Source: Phoronis australis | Lineage: Eukaryota; Animalia; Phoronida | Length of the DNA stretch: 64,000 bases | Reading direction: 5' to 3' | Assembly: GCA_002633005.1 (NCBI GenBank) | Contig: NMRA01000155.1 | Coordinates: 179,844 to 243,843 of the forward strand | Shown here: one piece after another, positions 12,001 through 24,070 of the stretch | How the letters are laid out: every line of letters begins with the position of its first letter | How positions within the stretch are numbered: the stretch's first letter is position 1 | Translations under genes and position numbers: made by a program | The notes under the pieces: generated by a model | Told to the model about the DNA's origin: nothing | The model's database searches: none | The model's input: only the letters and a program-made list of their open reading frames with translations

Positions 12001-15000
12001 GATCACAGGCTTTAGCCACTGCACACTGAGCTCAGTATACGCCGTACCGAAAGAAATCCGTGGCGTTCTGTTCTACGAGGGGTTCCAGCGCGGAGAAAAC
12101 CTACCCTCAACAAATGATCTCTGAAAAAATACGTTTTCCGTTGTTCTTATGAGGAGACTAAATGAGTAAATCCAAACGACGATAAAATCGTAAACCTCAC
12201 AATGTTACAATGTAGACCCAGCATTGCCAGATCTTATTATAGCCTAGGTGCTACAGTGTAGACACCGCACTGTCAGATCCGCACGGTCATAGCTATAGAT
12301 GTTATTACGTAGACCCCACACTGTCAGGTCTGGCTATAGCTGTAGATGCTACAATGTAGACCCGACATTGTCAGATACTCATGGCCGCATGGTTACGGGT
12401 GTGAAGATGTTACATTGTAGACCCGGTACTCTCAGATCTGATTATAACTGTAGACGTTACAATGTAGACTTGGCACTGATAGATCCACGAGGATATAGCT
12501 GTAGATGTTACCTTGTAGACACTACTATGTTAGATCTGGTTATAGCTGTAGATGTTACAATGTACATTTCATGATACATGTACCTTCTGACCATAAGGGA
12601 CGAATTCCTCCGTGACGTCCTTCCAGTACCAGCGCCAGGTAGTGGCCATCTTCGCAATAGTCGGCAGCGCTTTCAATACGGACACGGTGCACAGACGTCT
12701 CACAGGAGTGGCCGAGTTGCCAAATCCAATAGTAATGGACAATGGGTCAAATTTAACTTTTGATTTCACCCTGCAATCAACAACAGTTGGTTTAATTGTA
12801 CGCTTGAATGGTACTGAACTATTTGTGAACTATTCGTTGTTCTGTTCAAGACATAGACTTTTCCAACAGATGCAGAATGTCTTACACCCAAATACACCGG
12901 CAATGCCTCATTAGGTACAGTGTAGATGTAGGCAATCATGTATGTCAATGGAACAGCGTATGTTAATAACGCTTACTGAAATAATGTCGTTTCTCAAAAT
13001 ATTCTCTTACACCGACCTTTATACATTTTTACACTTTTTAATTCAAATTAATCCCAAAATTCAGAAAAACTCTGAAGCAGCTGATCCTTAAATTTATGTT
13101 GTACTCAATGCGCCGCTTTACTTGTTCAGTCAAAAATGAACAAGACGAGAGAGGCATTATAATCTACGCTTTCTTTTGCCAATAACAATGGTTGATTTAG
13201 GCCACTTACTGTTAAAAATAGATCTCGCCTCGTTCGTAACTCAGATTAGAAATCATTTTTAGGCTTGAGAAGAACTGATATGTGGTTGTCGCTTGAAACA
13301 AATCGAGTTGCTCTCGACGGTGTGTTAGGTTCAGTCGCCAAGGCATCTCGGCCATCAGGGGAATTCCAAGCAATTTATTGCACAGCGCCAATTCAACTCA
13401 AACAAAAGGTGAGGAAGGCGAAGACATTGCTTTGGAAGAGAAGTTATGCAGTTTTTAACACCAGTACGTGGTATAGAGCTTTATAGAGGCTTTATCAAGT
13501 TTTTCTATTGTTCAGCGCTTTGTTCATTCTGTAATAGTACTAAGCAAAAATTTTAGCTAATTCTTATTATGAACTCTGCCAAGTACTGAATGTGCTCTTT
13601 AATTAGGCCTTGTTGTCGAACCTGTATGAAAGCAGTCAAAGTGCAGTTCCGCAAATCGGGCAATAAGATGTTCTAAACGCCAGATGGAACTGACTAACAC
13701 CATTCGAGTTGCCATCAAAGTCTACTGTACTGTATCTGTAATAGCAGGCTATTTTGGAAGATATATCGTGAGAGCGCTATTTTGGGAATCATCTTAGGCT
13801 TACAGCAGTGGCGGATTTATGGGGGGCAAGGGGGCCATGGCCACCCCTAACCCCCAGATACCAATTGGCGAATTGCTGACCAGCGCACCCAGGGGGGTGA
13901 ATGCAAGTGCATGGGCCTTGAAGAAACGAAGAAATCCCCTATTTTAGTAATAAGGTCCAGAAACCCAACATTTTGAGACCCCTGCATCCCTACATTTCAG
14001 GCTGGGCCCGCGCATGTGGCGAAATTCTGGTTAATCCTCTGCCCTGCCCCCCCCCTTAACTCAAAATCCTGGATCCGCCCCTGTACAGGCCTGTTGAAAA
14101 ACCACCTCATGTGACTTTACTTCCCACACCGGCTAGAAAAGTCAACATCACAGAGTAAAATCATATAAAACATAATCAGACTATCTTTGTGTTCGGTGTT
14201 TTTCAAATGTTTTATTGTTTCGTCTGTGCTCACAATCTACATGTAACACTTCCAAAATTTCGAAGGTTTTAATTAACACTTTGCTGGTCCAAACGGAATC
14301 CAGTGATTAGACATGTTTAACTAGCGGTGAAAATTTCCACGCGTATTGGTCCCAGCTTCGCCAACACAAGTGTTAATAATAGAAAATATTAGTTACCCAT
14401 TCAACTCCACCATCACGCCGTTACGTTTAGGATTGCGATATTTTTCTTCGAGTTTTGTGCTGCACTCATCCACGAAAGAAGTCCAATTCTCAGATGTCGG
14501 TGATTCTTTGTATTGCCACGCGAAACTTTTATTTTCGTGAAAGTTCCTACAAAAACACGACTCATGAGTCAAGTGTAAGTATGAGATCACAATTCAGTTG
14601 TATCATTGAGATTTGGCTTACTGAGAAGTCTAAGCAAACCACGTGGATCTAGTTCAACATAGTGTGAATGTCGGTATCTCAACAAAACACCAGCAAAGAA
14701 AAATATCTACGGACTGAAGTATCTACGGCCAATGAGAACCTTTTTGCCCACTTCGTCAAATGGGGGGGGGGCTCACTCGAGCCCCGCGAGCCCCCCCCCC
14801 CCCCCCCNCCCCCCCCCCCCCCCAGGGTGCGCGCATGTAATAGCCAGGAATATTTCCGCCGAACTTTCGCAACCCCGAACTGCCAAATGGTATCTGGGAG
14901 AATTTTAGGGGGAGTCCTGGCACCCCTCTAAATCCTCCGCAACAGGGGGTTGGGATAAGCAGACACGATACCCGTTAAGGTCTAGGGGTCACCTGAGTAA

Positions 15001-18000
15001 CGCGTGGCAAGGGAAATCTTCTTTTTTAATATATGCCGCAATTAGGGTGTGAAAGTAATGAACGGCGTGCGAACCAGGAATATGAAGTTGGAAAGCTGGG
15101 CTGAAGCGAAGAAAATCACAATTTTTCGAACAGTCCTTCGTCCAGTTGCCCAACTTGGCAATTGTCCATTTTTACACTGCTCATGCCAGGATGTAATATC
15201 TGACTACTGAACTGCATGAAGGCTAATCCAAAATACTTGGCCACATATTAAGAATGTTTAGTATAGAAGCCACGTTTTCGTACTATAAAAGTCAAATTTG
15301 AAACCTTGATAACCGAGTCCAAGCGTGCGCGGGAGACGAATTTATTTTAAATTTCTCGGCGGTTGAGGGACACGCAGTGAGTATATCAGATTAAGAGCGG
15401 GGGTGGATAGGAACGGTTCGAAATAATGTTTCGGAGCGGAGCTGATGTCTTTTGAGCACATACTTACACGGTGTGGGGATACTCAAACTCCGACAAACGC
15501 CTGGCGCTTGATCAGGAGTCAGTGACTTCAGATCCGTGAGAGAGATACCGTGCGTGAGAGAAGAATATTTGTCAGTCGGCAATCCCGACCGATGCACAGG
15601 AGAGGAATTGAGTCGCCATAATGAAGTAACTAAGCACAACAAAAAATCCGCTAGATACCGGTCCCAAGCCCGGCGTTTCATTTGAAAAGGCGGAGGGAAA
15701 GTCGAGTGGTCGGCGACTAAACCGACTGCCCCACCAGGCTTGCCTGGTGAGGAGGGTAGTGGATCCCTGCAGGAATAAAAACAAGACCTGTAAAGGGCAA
15801 ATGATCCCAAGAGGGACAACGGCCACTGCCTTGTGGGTCAAGTTGGAGACACTAAAGGCTACAGGAAGGGCACCTCGAATGACAACACGCCTAGCCAGCA
15901 CGTCGATGGTAAGCTAAAAACCCGACAATGATGAAAAAGAAAGAACGAGGCCGTAAAGCTCATGGCCAAATCGGGCAAGTTCAAAAGACAGATGGACAAA
16001 AAGATGAACAGAGTAGCAACCCAAATATGGAAAGAGATCAAGAGGACGTCCCCAACCAGATGGAGAGATGACATCGTGAAGACGAGAGGCACAACGTGGA
16101 TGAGAGCAGCAAGAGACAGAACAAATTGGAAGGCATTGTCAGAGGGCTACATCCTGCAATGGATGGACAATGCCTAGGTACAAGGTACAAGGTTCAAGCA
16201 CAACAATACAATATGGCTCTCTGATTGGTCAATTCAATAGAAAAGCAACACCAAGTGGTAGGAATGTGCATAATATTTCGTGCAAGAAAAATACCTTTTT
16301 AAAAAAAATGTGCAAGTATAGACGTGGGATCTTTTTGGAATTTGATTTATAGGTATATTATCTAGCCACATAAAAAATTAGGTTGCGACCTACTGTGAGA
16401 GGCATTTCATTTGTCAAACACGTCGAGAAAACGACATCCCATGCTGAAACGTGCACCGTAGCAGTAAGAGGATTTAATGAAGCGGCGGAACGGAAATCAT
16501 ATTCTGGTTGCGGTGGAGACGAGAAGCCATCCTCTGATCGGTAGTGACTGCGTCAATCACTATAGAGGCAGTGCCAAGCTTAGGAGTCGAAATTGTCTGT
16601 CGACGGGTGGTAGACTGACATCTGGGGATTATGCAGATTTAATATCATTGTGCTCATGGTTAAGCCAAATAATCTGTACCATACATATTAGCTTAAAAAA
16701 AGTTTATCTGGATCCCGATTACAACATTTGACCTAATGTAATTTCCCATAGAGTAGCAGGCCTGTAGGAAGGAAAAATTATTGGGTGGGCACAAACCAAT
16801 TTGACTTCGCCAACCTATCCCCTTGCTATCGCCACCCCCTCCCCCTGTTCTCTGGATGTCATCATATTTGTACCTACACCCCCCATCCCTACGCCGTAAG
16901 TGGGGGTAATACCAGGGATACAGCCGGTCATCACGATTTAAGTAACCCTGAACCAACGAAGTTTCACGGAGAGTAAGAATGGGTCTAGGGCCAGTGCACT
17001 GACGGGTAGCTGGGAGCTGCCTGAAATAATTACAGCTGGGTTCCNCTCACAAGGATGAACGCTATGAGATCCGGCCCACCGACAACATCTCTTTGGTAGA
17101 GGAATTCAAGGTCGCGAAAGCAAGTTACATGTACGTAGGTGGTGACTTTATAGGACCTCAAGGATGATAAGATACGGAGAGAAAATGGTCCACAAGGAGC
17201 GCAGTCGTATAGAAGTATAGAAGCACAAAAGAAACTCTAACATCTTGAATCCTGTCTGAACTGGGAGAGATGACCGGGAATGAAGAAAGGACAGAGCTTC
17301 TCAGGCGCAGGTCAGACCGTGAATAGACAAATGATGGTAAAGTGGGCAAAAAGGTCCGCCTTAAAGAAATAAAAAGTCCGAGAAAAACGAGACAAAAGTC
17401 CACTAAGACAGAAATTCGGTGTATGCACAATTTATAGCCCCGAACAAGTCCCGTATTCCGTTTATTTTTCTTTTTTAGTAAAAGGTCCACATTCACAAAA
17501 AATCGAGCTTCCCTATATTTTAGGCTGGGTGTGCGCATGCCGTGTGTGTAGTATGCACGGGAAACGCAAGCAAACGATTCAGTTTTGAAGAACAAAAATT
17601 CACTGCGCAATACTACAGGAAACTAAAAACATCAAGGAAGTGCAAAGACAACCTTTCCAATTTGATGACCAATGACTTAGATTTTACTTGTTTAAGTACT
17701 TAATAAACGTCTTTTTCGATCTGCGGTTTGTAAACTTAAACCAAGTAATCTAGTTCCTAAGTCAAGAAACAATTTACTGTCGTTCAAAGTGTGAGACAAT
17801 TTTGGGACACTTTTAGAGATGTCCGAAATTCATCAATTTCCTTGAGATGTATTTGTGACTTACTTCAGATAGACAAAAATCATTTAGTGTATTTTTATAT
17901 TTGGGGATCTGATGATAGATCGAAATTTCCCAATGTCGGCCTGTAACTAAGTTCATAGAAGTATTGTCATTTCCTACAAGCTTAGCTTCTAACTGCAAAA

Positions 18001-21000
18001 AAATAGCTTTTAATCAGTCCATTTTCATAGATACATAAACATGTTAATCAGAAACCAACAATCAAATCCATGAACAAATGCGCTTACCTTGATTTAAGGA
18101 CTTAATTCCTATTTGATATCCAAAACAACTGTTGTACCGAAGTAAAAAAAAAACATTTTTCGATATTCAGGCTTCAACTTAATCCCTTGAATCGTAATCA
18201 TTTCTTAAAAGTCTAGCTTGTAATTGCCAAAAATCATCTATTAACCTGTCAGTTTTCGTAGATACATAAACATGTAAATCAGAAACCAACAATCAAATCC
18301 ATGAACAAATGCGCTTACCTTGAAATAAGGACTTAATTCCTATTTGATCCCCAACAACTCTTGCACCGAAGTAAAAAAAAAAAACATTTTTCGATATTCA
18401 GGCTTCAACTTAATCCCCTGAATCGTAATCATTTCTTAAAAGACTAGCTTGTAATTGCCAAAAATCATCTATTAACCTGTCAGTTTTCGTAGATACATAA
18501 ACATGTAAATCAGAAACCAACGAATTTGTTGATCAAAACGGAATGTTATAAGCATTTTCCGCAGGCATGCTTGCAGATTTTTGACGAGAAACCGAGGGAA
18601 AATGGGAGATTGGGTATTCATACATGTAGTTTGCTCCTTTCCGAGGTACATACCTATAACGGTTCACTAGTTGAACTTGGCCTCAGAAAAAGTTGAAATA
18701 TTTCTTTATCATTGCGAATATTTAAGTACATTCGTTCCACTTGTACACGGTCACCCCAATGCTAGCCTTGACAGCAATGTTTTCCACATGTGGGGATTCC
18801 TTACCAACAACTCATAGTAACCATTTTCAAAAGGGATACTATTCTTGTGATACTACGTTATTCTGTAACTAACCATCGGAAATAGTCCTTTAGTGTAATA
18901 AACAAATAGCGGATTTCACGTTCTTCAAAATTCCACCCTTTCGATTGCGGTCAACCTTCTTGTATTTATTCACATTTTTTTATTGTTTGGGTCGAATGTC
19001 TTGATACTGGTGTGCTGTGCACAAATGTTTTGTGTTTTTGATGAACTTGGAATCTCATCATCCCTCGTAAAAACTAGGATGTGTCGGATTTACATCTATA
19101 GAAGGACAAAGGGACATTTCTCCGAACTGCTCCACCGAGAGAGGGTGCAGTCTGAAATAGGACACCTTAATTATGAAAGGCTAAACATGAGCAAGCTTGC
19201 AAAAGAGTGACAGTTCTTTCCACCGTCATGTGGTCACAAGAATTTGCAGGAAGTGACCTTCCTCAACATGAACGTCGGTTGCACGATTTCACAAAAAAAA
19301 ACAGAAAACTAGAGGTAATCGAGTTCAACTTTGGGCCCTCTATCCGTGAGTAGACCCTTAAGAATTTGTCAATAAAAACATAAAAAGGTGGCCACTTGAA
19401 TGTCACCATCAAGCCATCTTCAAGAGTGGGGCCCCTCAATATGAAAATATCTATATTTTGAAAAATCACGAAATGTGCAGCAATTAATGATATGTGTCAC
19501 ATCATCATTTTTTCTCAAGTGATATACAATTCGAGAAAAAAGCGACCGTTGTGTTATATCACACTCGAGTGACCACGAGGTCACATCTGGGTCACATCAG
19601 GGCAATGCTTATGTATGCGCCTTTTTTGAATTCTCAATTTTAGTGTTGGCCAACACCACACTACGCCAAAGTTATTTTTTCCAAGATTCACGTGGTTTTG
19701 CTGTTTGTAGAACTCTGTCACTGTAAGTAGACCGATTTTATGAGAGTAAAACATGGGCAGAGCAGCAATCCTGAAATAGTTATAGCCCCTCAACCCCCCT
19801 ATCAGGTGCGCCACCCACGTACGTGGGTGGCATAGCACTGAAATAAGTGGAGTTATAGCACCCCCCCCAGCCCCCTGTAGTACAACTCACTGCAGGCGAT
19901 TTTCGTTTTTAGCCCTCCTAATAAATAGCCGAGCCAAAGCGTATGCTTTGATTGCAGTTAATATTAGTGGATGAACATGGAGTTTATCATCATAGTGATT
20001 TTTAATAAAAAATTCCACAGGTTAAGAAAGTGGGTGTGCTTTTTGATTTTGATTTTGATTTCACAAAAATATGCGAGGCAAATTACCGTCGACTTCCAAC
20101 AACTAACAAATGGCGGTGAATAGTCAAGACCTGTTTTGTGGCAATAAATCCTTCTATCAGCTAATGGAAATAGCCCAGCGAAAAACATGATCCTTACCGG
20201 CACTTTTGCCCGAAGACGCATTGGCCATTCAAAAAGTACAGGCATATTTCTTTCTCGTCTTGGGTCCCTGCGGCTGCCATTGGCGGCAGGGCCTGTCGTT
20301 CACTGGGGTCACGCCATTTGGATACGTCAGCAGAACCACCAGTTTCTTGCTCGTCGCCAACTTTCCAAAGTCGTCGCAGTTCTTGCATAGTGCTTTCAGC
20401 AGAGATGCCCACGTCAATGTTGAATCTCTTTAAATTAGCCTTCGGTTGATCATCAAAGATATCATGCGAACGCTTACAATAGCTTCCAAATTTACAATCT
20501 TTGCTGACGTAACGTTCGCAGAGATGTAGAAATCGGCATTTTTTGTTGTTACAACCTGCAGACCTATTGTAGTACGTACAGACACTGGGTAGCGTAGCCC
20601 CATGACGGCAGTTTTGATAAGCAAAATGAAGCAATGGTTCGCATATAAATTTGGGGCCACAAACACGAGAGATGGCGTCAGTATTGTGCCGGGAACGGAA
20701 ACTGTGTTCGAACCTGCACTTGCTGCTACTTTTTCCACAATCCCCTTCAACTGCAAAATACGGGCAAATATGAAGCCTTTCACATTCGTCATTACAACCT
20801 TCAGCTGTCAAGTAATCTTCGCAAACTTTTGGTATTGTATAGGTACATGTATCTCTATAACGCCCTCCCGCCGGCTTGCGAAACAACGGGGTTTCTTCGA
20901 AAAAATCGTTTGGCAACGTGTTATTCGGGTAGACGAGTAATCTAGCTACACTAGATATAGAGCAGGATCCATCAACAGTTCCAACACGTGGAATTTGTTC

Positions 21001-21018
21001 AGACCTTCGAAATGCCAT
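8601..21018 (-). CDS. PARP12: PARP12/ZC3HAV1-like protein: 5 CCCH zinc fingers, 2 WWE domains, ART/PARP catalytic domain, about 650 aa
   Basis: Phase-consistent GT-AG exons 20198-21018 (ATG at 21018), 14397-14546, 12584-12770, 11491-11630, 10753-10815, 9483-9653 and 8601-9021, totalling 1953 nt. Motifs: CCCH x5; WQY..W..F..LEEKY and WRWYWKD...IEKKF..MMQENIRFGTKREVRRRP (WWE); RIQNERLW, LFHG, YGKGSYF, KIHVVF..QTYPEYLI (ART). The symbol denotes closest family architecture, not proven orthology. Confidence 0.88.
12200..12570. repeat. Degenerate minisatellite, about 8 units of 45-60 bp, core GATGTTACAATGTAGAC..TCAGATC..TATAGCTGTA
   Basis: The core recurs through the interval, directly adjacent to the donor of exon 12584-12770. 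Confidence 0.85.
13806..14083. mobile_element. MITE with TIR CAGTGGCGGAT / ATCCGCCCCTG and 5-bp TSD TACAG
   Basis: TACAG at 13801-13805 and 14084-14088 flank the inverted termini. Related ends at about 14880-14940 and 43065-43197. Confidence 0.8.
15361..16197 (+). mobile_element. Internally deleted RTE-clade LINE derivative (5' part fused to 3' tail)
   Basis: The 3' end encodes PTRWRDDIVKTRGTTWMRAARDRTNWKALSEGYILQW*, a typical RTE ORF C-terminus, followed by short GGTACAA tandem repeats. No APE or RT core lies upstream. The 5' boundary is approximate. Confidence 0.7.
18028..18520. repeat. 231-bp tandem duplication, 2 full copies plus a partial third
   Basis: TAGATACATAAACATG starts at 18028, 18259 and 18490. 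Confidence 0.9.
20198..21018 (-). CDS. PARP12: PARP12-like coding exon 1: tandem CCCH zinc fingers
   Basis: CEDYLTAEGCNDECERLH, CPYFAVEGDCGKSSSKCRFEH, CTYYNRSAGCNNKKCRFLH, CERYVSKDCKFGSYCKRSH, CLYFLNGQCVFGQKCR|NFH; donor CG|GTAAG. Confidence 0.9.
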
Positions 21019-21130
21019 ATCTGAAACATACACGTTCTCACAATTAAGTACTCCTTGGATTTCAGATTTGAACGAAAGAATTAATATTCGGTATTACCGC
21101 CCGCCGTTCTTATCCACCGTGACAACGTTT

Positions 21131-21161
21131 TTCTATGAAATGACGTCACCTGGAATTCCCC
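21131..21161 (-). promoter_or_regulatory. Composite immune-type promoter module: GAS/STAT, CRE/ATF-AP1 and NF-kB
   Basis: TTCTATGAA (TTCN3GAA) at 21131-21139, TGACGTCA at 21141-21148, GGGGAATTCC on the minus strand at 21152-21161, about 115-145 bp upstream of the PARP12-like ATG. Confidence 0.7.
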
Positions 21162-21611
21162 GGTGTCAGTGAATATGACCTTGGTGGCTGTAAAAAAAGC
21201 TTCGTAAAACAGCGGAAATTCAGAGAACATGTTTTCCCGCCACGACATTATTAGGACCTATCGGCATTTCACGTTTAGAAAGCTAGTCCTGTTGATGAGT
21301 CGCCAATTATGTTATTTTCTTATTTCGTTTAATTTGGTTTGGTTAAATAAACGGCACATTCTTTCAAAACTGTATTTTTTTTTCAAATAATTCCTAATAA
21401 ACAGTTTGGATTGCAATGCATGATGTAGAGCATCATCCGAATGTTCAACTGCGAATCCTTTTATCTATTCCTGAGATGTGTTGTACCAAATACGTATTTA
21501 GCCAAATTTGGACATAAATTTGGACATTTTTACAACCTACATGTAGCATTGGTGCAAATCTGAACCTGTATCAGCTAGCCAGCCAGTACACTTCTAATTC
21601 CAACAAAACAA

Positions 21612-21617
21612 TTTATT
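21612..21617 (-). terminator. Candidate poly(A) signal AATAAA of ZNF236 (3'UTR about 2.4 kb)
   Basis: TTTATT on the + strand downstream of the ZNF236 stop at 24071. Usage not demonstrated. Confidence 0.4.
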
Positions 21618-24070
21618 CCTTCAATAAATATGGTTAACAATAACACAGTACATTATGTACATGTACACTGTATTCAGGTCTATATACATGTATCAGGTGT
21701 CCACACCAAACTCAGGTGATAAACATCGCCTCACATGTAGGTTATAACACCACATTTCCCTCCCAGCCTGTGTCACGAAGAGCAGGGATGGTAAAGAAAG
21801 ACTTCAACGCCAGCTAATAGAACACAATGATCCACAATTGTGAAATGAAGCCTTTCACCCCAACGGTAAAGTCCAGAGCTCAGCTTTAGGCCAATATTAC
21901 ATTTGACCCACACTGTCACGTGATCATTGTTCAGTCATTAAACAAAGCACTTTGGAAGAAAGTAATGCTCTTTAAAACAGGTATAGAAACATCATCTCAA
22001 AGGCGCCAAATCGAATTTCGGACACTTGTCTGCAGGGTTACACAAGAACAAATAATCACCAGTCAAACCCATTTCCACCAGAAAATCGCTATAGTATCGT
22101 CCATTCAGAACTAAAAGTCATATTGAAAGCTACCTCAGTTGGTCAAGGTTGGCAAGTTTAATGTTAGACAAAATAAGAAAGAGAAGCAGTTTGTCAAACC
22201 TAAATGACCCCACTCTGATCACAGAAAAGTATAGAAAACAAGTTTTAACTTCCCATATTTCATGACAACATTTTTGTGTAGCATAGCTAAACCATGTCAA
22301 AACAATCCAGTTGAGCATTGTGTGGAACAGGATGTCTGAAGGTAGCACACAAAGTACTGAAGCAGCGCTCAATTTATCTTAAAAACATCTAACCAAGGCA
22401 AAACCCACAAAATCTTCAAAATCTCAAACACTTTGTACAAACAGAACGACGGGATGAATAAACATCAAGATTAAAATAGTTCTGTAAATATGTACAACAA
22501 TAAATCAGTAGTTTAAACAAAATATCGCAGCAATATACAACAGTAATTAGATAAAGACAAGTTTTTACAACTTCAAACTAGAAAGAATAAAATTTTCCAT
22601 TAAGAATCTAGCCACTGAAACAATCCATGCACTTGGTCATTGATATATCCATGTATAATCAGCAACGTCACCTTGCACAAATAGTTTTATAAGATGGCAC
22701 TGCACGGAGCTGTGCATTAAATTTAAATCTGAATTGTTATTTACAGAAAAGCGCTCTAATAACAAGGGTAAACTTTCACAAACAGAAACATGAATTTATC
22801 AAAAACAACATGATTGTACACACGAGGCTTACAGACTGTTGGCTTGTCACTCAGTTCATTAATAACACAGTACAGCTGATGGTGTGGCTGAACCACATCA
22901 GTCTCAGTGGAGATTTGGACCTGACACCTCGGCTGCACTCCAATTGACCTATTGCAAGCTCTGCCCCCTTGCCTGATGTCGACTAACAAACAATAAGTTT
23001 TACCTGGCAACGTGTAGATTGTCAGGTAAAATGACGGCTTGGAAATAAAGGTGTGTCAATAATACTGTGTTCTAAATGGTCAGTTAAGCAGTCACTCAAA
23101 ATCCTGGCAATAGGTCAATGATCAGATGGCAGAGCTAAATTTACAGCCATAAATACAGAGTGTCTTAAAATGCCACTGGTCCTGAATTCAGCAAGTGTCT
23201 GGGAGATAGCAGGGACAAAATTGGCAATTTTCTATAAAATTCCAACATTTTTTTTTTCTCTGGTCACAGGTAATAGCTTCAAGATATCTATTCCACCCTG
23301 CATTAATCACATCAACAGCAATGCAGAGTTTTGAAATGCGTCCACGACTGCAACAAACGGGGTGCTTTTAGGGGTGTTTTAATACATGTATCATAAAAAT
23401 GGCCATTAGATGGCACAGAAGTTGTTGAGCATTAAGAAAGAATTGATGTTGAGCCTCCTAAAAACAATGCACATCGATCATAATTCATTCAGTGCCAGGC
23501 ATGATTTTGATGACACAACAGCGAAGATCTGATCAGGTCTATGTTTTGTTTTTGACATTGGGGGCAGTTTAATGACATTTCCAATGAGAAGGAATGTTTG
23601 AAATTGAAATGGATTTAACTGCTTTGGAAGACATAAAAACAGCTTGTACTAACAGCACAAGTCACTTATGAGATAAAGTTGACAGCACTGTATGCCACAG
23701 GTGAATCATTGAAGGAAAATTCTGCTGTAATCTTGTGAAAAGCGATGATTTTGAGACGACATCATGACCATGAACACAGCCTATAAAGTGCCACACCAGC
23801 ACAAGCAAACATGCCATGATTATAACTCTCCCTTACAGTCCTGGCAAAATGTTTTCCTTCATCTTCCAAAGTGTTTGGCCAGAGACATGCAATGAAACAT
23901 TCCAAGACATCACCTTCTTCACGGGGAATTGGTGACTTCCCTTAGACCAGGCTAAACAGTCACAGGTAGGATCCAACAAGCCAATTTAGCGCTAGTCCAA
24001 CATTACCGTATGCTCTCCCTGAGACACCATCGCTGAGAAATGGATGAGTACTTCTCTACTGATACCATCA

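Noticed and set aside
12200-12570. Conserved core with variable-length intervening sequence, superficially CRISPR-like
   Set aside because: The intervening segments are homologous to each other, there are no cas genes and the context is a eukaryotic intron. It is a degenerate minisatellite.
17158-17610. 150-aa minus-strand ORF
   Set aside because: It overlaps a copy of the 300-bp MITE family and has no protein-like motifs.
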